A stretch of DNA of 62,762 nucleotides, filler included, from Nemertoderma westbladi (taxonomy: Eukaryota; Animalia; Xenacoelomorpha), in the NCBI GenBank assembly GCA_032718475.1. It is 4 parts of 4 records of this genome, joined end to end, with 100 filler letters (N's around TTAATTAATTAA, not from the genome) between each part and the next. Parts side by side here need not be neighbours in the genome. Positions count along the whole stretch, not along the records: positions 1 to 19,629 come from JAUCBJ010004128.1; 3 more parts are not named here. One strand, 5' to 3'. Position numbers and translations under genes: made by a program. The notes beneath the pieces were generated by a model. It searched no databases and had not been told where the DNA came from. It saw nothing but the letters and a program-made list of their open reading frames with translations. Below are positions 1-14,200 of this stretch, piece after piece; position 1 is the stretch's first letter, and each line of letters opens with the position of its first letter.

Positions 1-270
1 CATGAAGCCGAAAATTTCGATTTCGCCTTTAAATTTTTTTAATAAGCGTTTTAAAAAAGTGTATTTTGCGAAATCGTACCCTCCGTATCGTGGCCAATCT
101 TCACATTAGTCGAAATTTTTTCATATCATTAGAAAGCCGTTGCGTTGCAATGAATCGAAATATGTAACAATATCTGAATTTCATTGAGAAACATCTGAGA
201 TATAGGCGTTCAAAGATTGCAAGAATTATCGTTCGCTAGATACCTTTTATTCTATTAAATAAATACACAA
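1..270. repeat. Left arm of a long inverted repeat (foldback/MITE-like element); probably continues off the left edge
   Basis: The reverse complement of 1-270 aligns colinearly with 1622-1889, with scattered mismatches (e.g. AGGCGTTCAAAGATTGCAAGAATTAT vs ATAATTCTTGCAATCTTTGAACGCCT). Confidence 0.9.
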
Positions 271-329
271 TGTTCTGGAACATTTTGTTTAAGTATGAAT
301 TTTTTTTTTTTTGGGGGGGGGGGGTCATT

Positions 330-1530
330 TATTCTATTTATTATTCTATTTAATATACTATAGTTCACCAAACTCAACCGATAAGTGACAATAAGTAAAC
401 AGGGTTATACAATATTAAATAATAGTCTTGCCCATTCCCCCCAAAGAACGACAACAATAGCAAACCCCCTCCCCCCTAGTACATGTCCTGGTCTATCCCC
501 CAGATCCCCGCCCCACCCCCAAACCCGAGACCCCGCCAAGACCTCCACCCCTCAGACACAGAGAGATCGCCCGAAGGAGACCGAACTACAGCCGTCGCCT
601 CACCGCACCAAGCACCACCCCCAACCCACCCTGCCTCATACCGACCTGCTTTGACTGCAGAGTCTCAGCAAGGTGCCGGATGAAGACCGCCGCCTCCGCA
701 CCCCACACTCCATCAGTGGAACGCACGAGCGGTGTGAAGTGCATCCTGCGTGTTTCGCAGGCCTCCTGGTAGTGGACGCGTTTGACCCGCTCCCTCTGGG
801 CGAGTAAGAGCTGAGTCAGCGGAGCTGTTGGAGCGAACGTAGGAAGTGGCGTAAAGATTTATAATCGAGACGTCGAAAGACGCCACAACCTGGTTCGCCC
901 AAACACCCCGTGAGACCAGATCAGCCCTCACCCCCTCGACAACATGCCCCTGGGAGTCCAGGTGACCTCCAGACAGGGTGACTTCCATTTCGACATTGTT
1001 CGAACCGAAGGTCTCCGCCAGTAGGTCACCAAAGACGTCCCGGATCTCGTTGTGGCGATGAATGACCAGCCCCCCGACCTTGCAGCTGAGGGCATGTGCC
1101 GCATCAAATGGCTCGCCACAGCCCTCGCTGTTAGTGGGAAGGTCAGGGGGTGCGAGGCCGTACCCCAGGGCGAGGTTATCGCAGAATTTTTGCGGGTTTA
1201 GGTCAGTGTGGTCTATTTGTGATGGTTGGGCCGAGAGCCAACTACCAGTTTTATACTGTGAGGCCCGGTTAACAGTTCGATGCAATTCTGAAGTGAGTGC
1301 AGCCAGGGAGGACTCGAAGGTGGCTTTGAAGGTGGTGTCTCGTGCCTGTCGGCAGTCAGTGAGGGCCGCCTTGATGCAGGCAGCATGGTCTGCAACGTGA
1401 AGTTCCCCTCCAGTCTTAATAGAGTCCACTACCTTCGCTGTGCCGGAAATCGATGCGAGGTGGGCGGGTCCAGATCGCGTGATGGGATCCCAGATACCCA
1501 CACCGCCATGACGGACTGGGAGAAGGGCCG
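330..1530 (-). mobile_element. 5'-truncated, frameshifted CRE-clade-like non-LTR retrotransposon (zinc finger + restriction-like endonuclease end)
   Basis: ORF 713-1675 contains LPVRHGGVGIWDP, GSWLSAQP, CGEPFDAAHALSCKVGGLVIHRHNEIRD and RADLVSRGVW...FDV. A shifted frame continues KRVHYQEACETRRMHFTPLVRSTDG...RRRL*FGLLRAISLCLRG, typical of the REL-type C-terminus. The ORF's first ~48 codons are unrelated flanking DNA. Confidence 0.8.
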
Positions 1531-1621
1531 AATAAGTATGAATAGCTACGCAATATATATATTGGATAGGAATACCGCTGTTGCCCACCAACTCATAAAA
1601 TAAATAACACGTTATAGAATT

Positions 1622-1889
1622 TTGTGTATTTATTAAATAGAATAAATGGCCTGCAGTGAACAATAATTCTTGCAATCTTTGAACGCCTATTTCTCAGCTG
1701 TTTCTCAACGAAATTCAGATATTGTTCCATATTTTTAATCCTTGCAACGCAAGCTTTCCAATGATATGAAAAAATTACGAGTAATGTGAAGAATGGCCAC
1801 GATACGGAGGGTGCGATTTCGCAAAAGACACTTTTTTAAAACGCTTATTAAAAAAATTTAAAGACAAAATTGAAAATTCAGGCTTCATG
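1622..1889. repeat. Right arm of the long inverted repeat
   Basis: Inverted copy of 1-270. Confidence 0.9.
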
Positions 1890-2291
1890 GGGTCAACGAC
1901 GGTGAGTGGAACTACAGTAGTGGTGTTTCAAATTTCAAGCAATATGATAAAGATTTGTAGAAAAATCTGGGGAGGGGGGGGGGGGTCCGTGTCATCAGAA
2001 AATAATACTATATTACGGGTCATGGTGTATTACTGTATAAAATATTTTTAAATAAAAAATGAGTTCGAAAAAAGAGTTTGAAAAAAAAAGAGTCTTCATT
2101 CTTCAACTTGCTTTTAAATACAGACACGACAAACGGAGTGTAGAAGTACAAACCGAACGATATTATTGGGAGAAAGTTCTGAGGAAAGGCAATTTTGTGG
2201 AATAAAATCACGTATTACTGTTAGAACCCCATTTACTTTCCATAAATATATAGTTAACTGTCATCGAACTACAGGTTTTCATAGTAATAAC

Positions 2292-5200
2292 CTACCTTTC
2301 CGCTACGCATCTTTCAAAACCACTTTCACGAAGATTCCACTGAGTATGTTTACCAATGTCGACTATATCTAAACTGTATTCTGAATGGACAAGTAACATA
2401 AGATTCAACTCTCTTTCATTAAAGACAACGAGATGTTCAGTTGATATCTGACATGGAGAGATTGTCTTAGGGACATCTCGTACTGAGTCTTCAGAGTAAC
2501 CCTTCACCATGTCGTTGTGTTTGGAGATCAAAAGAAGCACCAAGGCGACCGAACATTGTCCGAGGTCATGTTTGGAAGGAAATAGTACAGCAGCTGGTGA
2601 ATCCTTAGATAAGTCCTCACTATCTGTGGCTGTCAAGGCTCTTTGGCCAGGGAGGTCGAAATTATGAAACTCATGCTTAAGACGATTGTAGGTTGCAATA
2701 AACATCTCAGCAAACAATACCATAGCCTTACGCTCATCTTCTTCTTGAAAAAACTTGTCACTCTGAAAGATAAAACTTCGAATATTCATACCACTTATTT
2801 CAGAAATATCAATATTAGTTGCAAATTTTTCTGAAAGCATCGAATGCATCTTAAGTATAGTTGGAAGGTTTATAATTTCACTCAGGACACCCCTATTGTC
2901 CAGCAATCTAGAAAAATTTGGCATGTGCGACTTCATTCTCGATTGGCCGACCTTGTGACCAATAGTTTCGATGCTGACTTTAACTCTTGGGTTCCAAAAC
3001 TGTGGCTGGTCAATAATATCTTCATACTGGTATTCATCGGTAGCTTCCTCATTCAGCAGAACTAACAAAGCATTGTCAGCCGCACTTTGATCATTCTTGA
3101 TTATACGAATAAACACAGACATAGTTTCTTTTAAGTTATCAACTTGCGGATTCAACATATTATTGGTAAAGATCCGTTCCCATTGATCGCGTCCTGCCTT
3201 TGATAAAAGATCTCCTTGAAGTCCAGGGATATTTCCCTTAGACATTTCGTCAATTATGCGATGAAGAAGTATTTCAACATGATCTTCATTAATTCCCAGT
3301 TGAGCTGCAATTTGTTGTAAATTGAGTAATAAGTGGCGCATAAGAAAATTAGGAACTTCGCAATTCTCAATAGTAGGAGTTATTATTCTGCCAACTAAAG
3401 ATGAATTTGTCTCACAATTCAAAGCCAGGGCTGCATGCAATAGGAAACGAATAATTGAGACATTAACACCAGTAAGGCTCCTTTGTGGTAAAGAATGGCC
3501 ACAGTTTTTAGCATCACCAATAATATGCCCAGTTTTAGTCATATCATTAATTCCCTGGCTTACTGATTGTCTACCACCACTACCAATTATACTTTTACAT
3601 GTTGGACAAAATCCGGATTGGTTTGGTTGGCCACAATCTCCGATGCCAAATTCGTGGCCCTTCGGACATTTGTACCATAATGTGACACCTACAGCAGCTC
3701 GACGAGCTTCTACGTCATCATCTTGAGGCATGGTTGGGAGATATGGTACCAAATCAGGGGAACGGGATATATCATAAAGTGATCTAACAATATCATTATT
3801 TGCTTTATTCGTTGATTTGAACACAGCGCTCATGTGGTGGAGGATGGCAACAATTGATTGTTTCTGTAGTTGTTCAGGCAGAATGTTAAATATGTCATAA
3901 AGTTTGTTTGTCCCATTCAAAATAGATTCTAATATATCCGCAAGGTGGGGAAATTCAATTCTTACTGCTTGTTCTAGTGTATGAGAATGTTTCAGGTTAA
4001 ATTTACCAATATATCGAAAGAAGTACAAGCATAATCTCCACTCAACATCAACATCCTTCAAACCCCTTAGAACATTAAACAATTCATCATAATTGTTTGT
4101 TATTAGAGCCTGCCTCGTGACATCACGTATCATCTTATACTTATCCCCCAACACAAGGTAGTTATCTTGCCGTTCATCCCAATTTGTTTCTAGTAACTCA
4201 TCAGGCATTAAGGTTTGAAACTGTTGGGATTTCTTCCACTGCATGATAAAATCTTTTCGGTATAATGTTACCAGGTTTCTAATAAGAAACCTTTTCAGAA
4301 GAAAGGATTTTTGATTATCATTGATAACAATTTGGATGGTGTTCAAAAATTCACTTTTGTCTTTACTTTCAGAGGAATTACATTCACATATAAATTCATG
4401 AAGAAATGCACATGTGGCATGTATGGCCAAACGTGCTTGGACAACATTAAACAAATTTGTTGCATGAGTTTCAGATTTATCAATCTTCAGTTCTCTCATA
4501 AGCTGAACTGCACGTGTTAGTGTAATAGTTTCAACTCTTCCTATCAGCATCACACTCTCATCAACATAAGCTCGATCCTCTAAGCAATAGGTTACTAACA
4601 ATGACAATTCTAAATACTGCTTCGGGTTTGAAATTAGTACACGCTTATGATTTAGATATTGTTGAAGGTAGCCAAAGGCTACATAATATTGTTTATCATG
4701 TAGCAATAATTGTAAAATAAATGATCTAATAACAGGTGTTGAATCAATGCTTGACCCATCAAATGGGTTCATTTGTTTAGTGCGAATCCTGTTATTTAAC
4801 TTGTCCTTTGGGAGATTAGATGTGACTATAAATGACATGAGAATGCCTATCACCTCTTCATCAGGTTGTAATCCCTTGAAAACGAAATCCTGAAGGACTT
4901 CTAGGAAGAAGATGCTTAATCCACCTTTAAAATCTTGATGGTATTTCACTCTTTCTTGTGATGTCAAAGTAGTTGTGAAGCAAAAATACTTTGGTAATTC
5001 CTCCTTACAACCTTTACTAGGACAAATCCAACATTGCTCCTTACCTTTTGATAAAAAGTGATCACTCAAGCAATCTTTACAGCCAATATGTTTGCATGGG
5101 AGTTCTACAGGGTCACAAATGTCTTCCAAACATAAAACACATGTGTCATTTCCATGTGTGAAGTGGTATTTCCCAACCTCACTGTTAACAAATTGAAGAA

Positions 5201-8200
5201 AATCAAGCAATTTATTAAAATCCTTTTGGGATTTCAATGGATTTCCCTTTAAAAGCAAGTTGAGTCTTTTTATCTTTGGACAGACTATCTTCCAAACGTC
5301 GGGGCTGCAGCAGGTAGAAAGGTGATATACGAATAATTTAATGATTTGGAGTCGCTGCAGATCATTCTGTAACTTTTGCAGACCTGGTATGCAAGCGCCA
5401 TGAGTCGCCAATTCCTGTTCTACAAACTGATTATAAAGCCTGAAGAATGAATCCATCTGGTTGCAAAAATGATCATGGATTTCTTTACATACAAAATGAA
5501 CAGGATTAGGTTCTAATAAGCTTAAAGCTTCACTATAACAATACATGGAAAACGTAAGGATATCCATTTTGAATGCAGCATCTATGACCCGGTCTGGAAG
5601 TTGTGGAAGTAAACTAAACAATGATGTCAAAAGTAATAGTAGACTCTTATTCTTTATGTATGCTACTTCAATATCTGCAGGTGTAATATAGTTAGACCTC
5701 ATCCTGCTACTGTTATCATCCCTAACAAAAAACTCAGACGTTTCATTTGTGAGAACAGCAGCATCATTAACATTGGCTTGTTGGAGTTCTTCGATCACCA
5801 CATTCAGTGACAATGAGAGTTCGAGATTTGATAAAAGTAGTAATTGCTGGCACATAACGACCTTTATACCCTTTTGATCTGCCAAAGGGAATCTTATAGC
5901 AATGAAGTCCATCATATATTCCTGTAGAAGTAGTCCAGATTCAAAACAAAATTTGAAAATGCTGCAAAATTTTGATATTTCGATAACAGACAACAATTGC
6001 AATGTTTGATTACCCATATTTCCCCCTTGGTGTCTTTGCCACTCTTCAACAAAGTAAATAAAAAATCTTGAAAATGGAAAGAGCGCTTCAATGTGATTTT
6101 TCTTTTCATTGTAATGTTTAATATCTAAAAAATCAAAAAACACATCAACTTCTAAAATTTCGAGGAAAACATTTTGTATATTTTTTGAACCATTTAGGGC
6201 TAGGTTAAGCCCATAATCCACATCACAACACTGTACAATATTTTTCAATACAGAAATTATTGTATCTGAGATGTGTAACCACACTGACCTTTGAAATGTC
6301 TGACCTTCTTTTAAGTGAATACTGTTACTGGCTAATTTCACAAGCCACCTCTGTGATTCTACTAATGTTTCACCTAATGACACAACCTTTCGAATAGTAA
6401 TGTTATACATGTTATTTAGAAATCGTTCACCGAATCCAAGATGAGTTTTTAAAATCTCAATTAAAATCTCTATTCGTTTCTGAGTTCTACATTTTTCATG
6501 AGATGAAACTAATGAAGCTGCTTGAGGAAGACACTCCACAATCATTTCTTTGATATTGAAAACATCATTTCTAAATACATCAGCCAATGTCTTGTTCTGT
6601 AGTTGTGACACATCAAAATTGTGATTATGAGATTTCAGAAGTTCATCAAGATGGTAACACAACCAAGGATGTCCTGAAAGACCTGTAAAGCAACCCCCCG
6701 CAACACGTGGCACATAAATAAGGAACACAATAGTAAATTGCGTCTCGGTTGAAAACTTTCCAACAATATGATTTACAATATATCTAGCACATTCAAATAG
6801 ATTCAAATTATTTTCTTCACCTATTTCTGTCTGTATAAGTAAGTACAGCTTTCTAGAAACATTGCACTTACTCAGGAAATTTCGAATACTCTTTGAAAAA
6901 TCATCCTCTGTGCGAAATTGTTGCAAAGATAGTAAATCTATATCCATATTATCAACACCCATTTCCTGAGCTATTTTGGACTTGCCATGTTTTGTTAACA
7001 ATCGTGAGGAAGTAGTTACTTGGACTAATATGGATTCACTCGAAATGTTCATCAAGAGATTAGACAAGCAGTCATGATGTTGTGCAATATAATATATGTT
7101 GTTAATAATTGACTGTTCCTCTTTAGATATACAAGTATCAGACAATCGTATAATAGCATCTGGTGTTGCACATTGAAGCAACATTTTCTTAACAAATTCT
7201 ATTAATAACATATTATTGTCTAAAAAATTTGAATACCGTAAAACCATTGAAGAAATAATATCTTCATGGAAACCAATAAATACATCACCAGGTATATATT
7301 GGATCATATTTGATATCTGATAAGCTTTAATATGGGTTTCTGAAACATCCTGAATCCAAATTTTAATCTGTTCAACACTCTCTAACTGAGTAGTATCATC
7401 TAGCAGAGTTTCCATTCCCAAATAGTGCTTTTCTAATCGGTTAATAAGGGGTATTGGAAATTTTTCATAGACATCCTTGTCTTCTGCTACAACTATGAGT
7501 CTAAATTGCTCATGTACTCTACATTTCACTCTGTGTGTACCCAGTCCAAGATCTACATAGCGCTTCCCACCAAGCATCACATAGTTTTGATTCAAAGCAT
7601 CATAAAGACTCTCATATAAGTTTGCCAAGTTACAAAGGACAACAGTTTGGCCAACTTCCATCGCTATTTTGATGCGGTTTATATTCATACAAATCTGTAA
7701 ATATTCTTGATCTTGAGGAAACCCAGAACCAAAGATAACCAATGTTTTTTCTGTATCAAGTAATGACTGATCAATAATAATTTTAAGAGCGGCATTATTT
7801 TTAGTCAATAACAAAATGTATCTGGAATTAATATTTTCATTACGAATAGCCTCCAATATGATTTGTCTATTGGAAAGTGTCTCGCCTTTGTACTGCTTTA
7901 TTGATGTAATAATACTTAGAAACTCTTCAACTGGGTTAAAATCTCCAAAGTATCCCCCAAAGTTCCTTTGAACTGCATATCTTATATCATTATCTGTAGG
8001 GGAACATTGGCTTTTATGGGCCATTGAAAACACCATCTTAACAACACTATAAAAATCCCTTAAACCAAAATACTCTCGAGTTTGCTTTTCACAAATGTGA
8101 CAATATCCATCTGTAAGCAAACGAATTGCAGGAATCATAAGTTTCTTTATCACTTTGTCATTGGAGCAAATTCCATTTGCACTTTTAATCAAATCATTTT

Positions 8201-11200
8201 TTGTTGGAATTCCCCTGGATAGAAGAATACCTCTGTTCATCTTTGCTGGATCTAAGGCCCAATTTGATATACCAATAAATGAAACCTTTTTGTAATCATT
8301 GGCTTCTTCATCATCTACACAGCCATCTTCTAAGAGAGGGTGTAATGTCTTTAGAGGCATTTTCGGACTATCTTCTGCAAGACCAACCTCATCTAATACC
8401 ACAACAGAACAAAATTTTGACAAGTCCCGATCTTTCTGAAATTTTTGGCACTGTCTAAATGTTGCCAAAATTCCTCCAGCTGTTGCTAATGGGCTACATT
8501 GAAAGGATACCATATGGATTTCCTTTAAATTTTGAAACAATTCAGAATAAGACTGAACACCTTGCATAACATCCATAACTACAGTTTTTGCTAAAGATTT
8601 ACTGCTGCCTGGTTTGCCTACAATAAACAGAGGTATTTTCAGTTCACTACATAATGCCATCATCCAGACATTTTCCTTCAAAGCATCATTTTTAGCAATG
8701 TTAGATTCCAAATGTAACTCATTAATAAAGAGTGTTTGACATTTATTAATTATTGAAGAGAATATTGCAAAATTTTTATTACCCTTAGTGCTTGATGGAA
8801 AAATTATTTCAGTCATACATTTCTCATATCGCTTTCTGCTTTCCAAACGAACATAGTAAGCCACTCCCAATGATAATACTAAACTAATTACAAATGGGTC
8901 AATATTTCCATACCCAAGACGTTTATGAATATAATCTTGCTGTTTGCCATGGAACCAACTCAATATAGTAAGAGTTCTTTCTACATCACGAAGACTAACA
9001 AAAGAGCATTCATCTGTTTGTTGTCTCATAAAACATTGTGATTTAACTAATGTTTGTTGGAGTACCATTCGAGATGCAGTAGGTATAATTTCGGTTTGAA
9101 CAATCTGATGTACCATTTGTGAGATATATATTTCTTCAGTTCTATCATCAAGTGTTCCAAAATCCCAAACTAAAGGAAACATACTTGCAGGTAGTTCTTT
9201 TACACGATATACCAATCTTCTCATTGGAATTTTTCCAATACAATCTGTGGTAGCTGTTGCCTTTATATGGTAACCCAAACCAGCATTTTCAAGACGTTTT
9301 ATCATCTCATTTGAATGTTCACGATAAGGATTAATGGCAGCAACAAATTGAAGACCAACATTCGATGGAATATTAATTCCATCGACCTTAAAATCACACA
9401 TTACATTCTTTATAGTTCCTAGAGCAGTGCTTGTATTTGCTTCATCAAAAAACAGCACAGTTTGATTAATGCCACATTGAATGTTATGGGTTGCTTGCTT
9501 AATTGCTAGATGCACCTTTGCCTTAATGTCAATATCTGAAATGCCACCATGCACTTTCAAAATAAGCAAATTTAAATTGGCAGATTTATTTCTTTGTAAA
9601 TCGCACATAAATCGGATTAGGCTTGTTTTTCCACTACCAGTTTCTCCCATTATTACAACTGGAATATTACTGCGGAATCTCATTTGAATGGCAAGAATCT
9701 TCATGACATTGTCATAAGTCAATTCATATGATGGATCAGGGTCAAAATAATTGATGCCAAATAAGCAACAAATATCCCTCAACTTGTCTTGTCTTGACAA
9801 TTGGTCAAAATGCTTGTTAAATACAACCCCCTGTCTCAAAAGTGAAGTGTAGAGAGCCTCTGACATGACATTGTGCAGTAAAATTTCTTTGGTATGTTCT
9901 GAAATTAAATTCAAATTTTCAATATGCAATCCAAAGAATGAAAACGTTTGTCCATCTTCATTAAAAAATATGTAAGGATGAGGTGAATTTTCCCATTTAC
10001 GTCTCTCTAACATAACAGGTTTACAATAACCCATACCTTGACTCTCATCTGATATTTGAAGAGATCTTGTAGCAAAGTCACGTGACATCTGAATTAAAAA
10101 GTTTATTATAAACCCTTTAAATCCAGGTAAATCATTCCCCATTACATCAGAGTTGCAAAATATAGATTTTTCTGTTGTTTCCAACTGTATGTTAAGAAAA
10201 GATGTAAAATGAAAAAGTTCATTCCAAGAAGGGTTTTGAACAGGACAATATTCCAACAGTAGAGATAGGCAATCTGCAATATACTCATCAGCAGTTGATT
10301 CACTGTATATAAAGTGTTCGAGAACAGGATTTTTATTCTTGTACAAAGAAAGATATTGATAGGGCCTTTGGAAAATGGCAGATTTAAACATTTTATTATC
10401 AAATAGTTGGGAAAAACCATGTTGATATTCAAACACGCTTTTAGTGCTCACCTGGGAAAAATCATGGATTTCTTTTAGTATTGATATGGTCTCTTGAGGT
10501 GTTTGACAAGTTATTGTAGGTAGAATATCAGGAAGAATTCTACAGGAACTTGTGGTTGTAGAACTAGAAGAGCATTCAATGAGGTAAAAAGTATTAATCG
10601 AACACATCCAAATGTTGCCTTTACAATCAGACAAGCCTTTCAGTACAGCTAATGAAAATAAAAGATCAAGTTTATCTCTACCTATATCAGTTCCAATATC
10701 AAGGTGAAAAATATTTGTATCTCTATTGTATAGTTCATACCACCTTGAAATAATACTCTTCTTGTCAATATCTGAATTATACAACTGCAAAGAAATAAAT
10801 TCACCAGTTGCATTTCTCTCAGAAAATCTTTGAGCAAGTAATGATTTTCCATTACCAGGTGCTTCCGATGTTAAAAGTCGCAGGAAACAACCTTCGGGAT
10901 CAAGGCGTGCAGCTGATTCTATATGACTTGGCACTGAAAGCTTACCTCTAATATATGAAGATAAAATATCTTTGGATGGTAAGTTTGGCACTGTCACAGT
11001 ATACTTGTCAAATGCTGTCAATAGGTATGAATATTCAAACTTCTCTTTACATGAAATAAAAACAAGCTGAAATTTGTCATTCTGAATAGAATAGGAGAAT
11101 AGATCTTCCAGATGTAAGCATATATTAAAAGGTAAAGAGCTGCAATTTATCATCATAAAAATTTTGCCAGATGTGTCAGTAAATGCACGATGGCAAAGCA

Positions 11201-14200
11201 GGTCAACATCCTCGATAGTTGTTTCTGGGCTACAAATCAAAACTTCATTAAAGTTGGGTAGCTGTTTGTTATGGTCGTAATAATATATCATCAATGCAGT
11301 TTTATAAATATCCTTTTCTGGGCAAATAATTAGGTTTGGCTGTCCAGAACGTAGGAATATAGGAAACTTCCGCTTTGGAGTTGAACCATACTGATATATT
11401 AAATTTTCCATGATATGAGCGAGATTGGTAAAATTTAGATACTCATTTACATTAATGTTATTAACATTGCCCATAAAGTTTATCCAGGCATCAGACAACA
11501 TTTGGTGTAAATTTGTAGGCATGACTGCAGAAGCTGTTTCCATATATGTATCTTCCATATCTAACTCATTATGAAGAACATTATTCATGTGCTTATAAAT
11601 AATATCCTCAACAAGTTTAACGTTATCTGAATTATCATTACACCAACTACAACACATATCCATATCTATTTCAAAATCGACACTTGATGTATTAGATAGG
11701 ATAGCAGCTATGGCAACATGTTCATCAAAGCCATACTCGAAACATAGTTCTTTAAACTCTGTCAAGCTCTTAATTTTAACAAAGGCATCAATTTGACATT
11801 TTGTTGATGCAATGAAATCATTATCTTGTTGAGCATGTCCAACTACATTACTACAATCTTGATCAAAATGTTCTGTTTCCATGGACATTTCAATTTCCTT
11901 ATCAGGAATAAGTATATGTATAAGTTCTGATACATTCAAGGTCGGACAAGCATAATTAATTAACATCATAACTTCAATTGGAATCATTATATTTCTAAAC
12001 ATAAAATTAGCCCAATGTAAGGATAGCTTAACTAACTGATCAGTGGTAAAATAGTTTAGACAAGGAAACTGCGAACGAAGAACCTTTATATAAATAGTCC
12101 AATCTTTAAAGGCACCTTCAAGAAATGCTACTAAAACATTAATGTCATCTGCTAATGCATGCCTCCCATGAATAATACTACTTTTAAATCCAAAATCGAT
12201 AGTTAATGAAACATTCCTTGATGGATTTAAGAATAGCTTTGCTTTAAATTGGGAAAACAAATTACACCCAGCCACAAGTAAATTAGACAAATATTTAGCA
12301 ACCATTTCTACTTGGAGAAGTACAGAGGTGAAGAATTCTACCTCCTTTTGGCCATCCTGTCCTGTGGAAATTAGCATCAATTTTGATCTTAACTCTTGAA
12401 CTTCATAATATGAAATTGTCCTTCGTTCAGCAGCAACAATATAACACAGTGTGATATATTGTAAATGATTTTTGTTATGATATGAAGTATTACCAGTTGT
12501 AATAACTCTTGCAGCAATACTATAGACTCCAGATTCATTAATTTGTTGCACCGTTGATAAAGAAGAAGCTTCAACAGATCCATGTTGATCACTGACTTCT
12601 TGAATCCAGGCCAAATGAATATTAGAATCATGCAAATATTGGGGTAAGTTTCTATCCAGTGCAAGATTTTTAAATACTTTCTCACATAACGTAAGAAAAT
12701 GTTCCTTTAATATTGATGCTCCTTGTGTATCCCTTTCAAGGTCGAAAATAAGTGGTGCATAACCATTCAGGGCTGCCTGGAAAAACTTAATACGATCAAC
12801 TTCTTGATCTGATTCACCTGCAGAAATGCTTGCTAGATCAGCAAAAACTTTTAACTCAGAAAGGCTATGGATGTGCTTAGTAATCCAAGCTAACAATTTT
12901 CCACATTTACACAGTTCCCTGAGGCAATCTATTTCATGGTATTGCCACTTACTAAAAACTTGACCTGCACACAGAAGATCTTTGCTAATTACTGAGAGTG
13001 GTGTACTTATAGAACTGTCCAAATGCATGGTAACTTCAACAATTTCATCTAATGCAGAAAATACAACAGTAATATTTAAGACAGAAATAAGGGATTTGAC
13101 TAGCTCTGCAGTTTCAATATACTTTCTAAGTTCAAAAAGAATACAAATCCGATCACAAGCCTGCTGTGAAAATAGGTACTTTTCTTGCATTCCATCAAAT
13201 TCAATACAATATAAATGCTTCAGTTCTTGTTCTATGTTATCCACATCATTAAAGTAACAACTTACTTTTTTGAGAAATATTGTAGATAAGGCAAGTTCCT
13301 CAATTATTGCTCTCAACACATCTCTAACATTACCTATAACTGATGCAATCATTTGGAATCCAAGAGGAAGTGAAGCTACTTGTAGCTTATTAATTTCATC
13401 AAAAAATACTTTATCTACAGTTTGATTGTTTATCCTTGACTTCATGATCCACTTAATATCTTGAAGGATATCATCAGGCAAGTTGAGTAAGTTATCATCT
13501 TGAATAATGGCTCCCACCATTACATCTCTATTATTAGGTGTAGCCACATCATTCATTTCATCAACTTTATCACATACTTCTTGTCTAACCAGTACCACAA
13601 AGTCATCAACAGCATCTCTGTTGGCAATGAACTGCAATACTGATTTCTTAATTTTTTCCACTGAATTATCATTTGGAAATCCAGAAATAGCCTTTCCAGA
13701 AATTTTATGCGAATACCTATAAATAAATGTTAACCTTTGCCAATGCTTTATTTCAGAAATTTCTAAAAAATCAGTTACAGTAACCATGGCTAGTTGATAT
13801 TCAACTTTGGATAAGATGTTGCACATACATTGACAAATGGTTTTCGTTTGTTGAGAAAATGCTGCTAACCCAATTTCAGATACTAAATAAAACATGTTTT
13901 TATGCATGTCTGATGTAGATATTTTTTTAAGAAAATGTATATCACCAGTCTCTTCACATGTGCCAAATGTTTTAACAAGGAATTCCTCAATTACTCGGAT
14001 AGCATTAGGTTTCCTTTTATTACCATTGGAGAAAAATTTACCTCCTAGAAATTTTGAAGTAAAGCCTTTAAAAATACTTGTAGCAGTTAATGGTTGTTCC
14101 TTAATAGCAATGTCTTGCAACAAATCACAAACTCTTTCAAACATTATCACAGATATGTCACCATTCAATTCACCAGCATAATCTAGGTAATCATCCAGAC

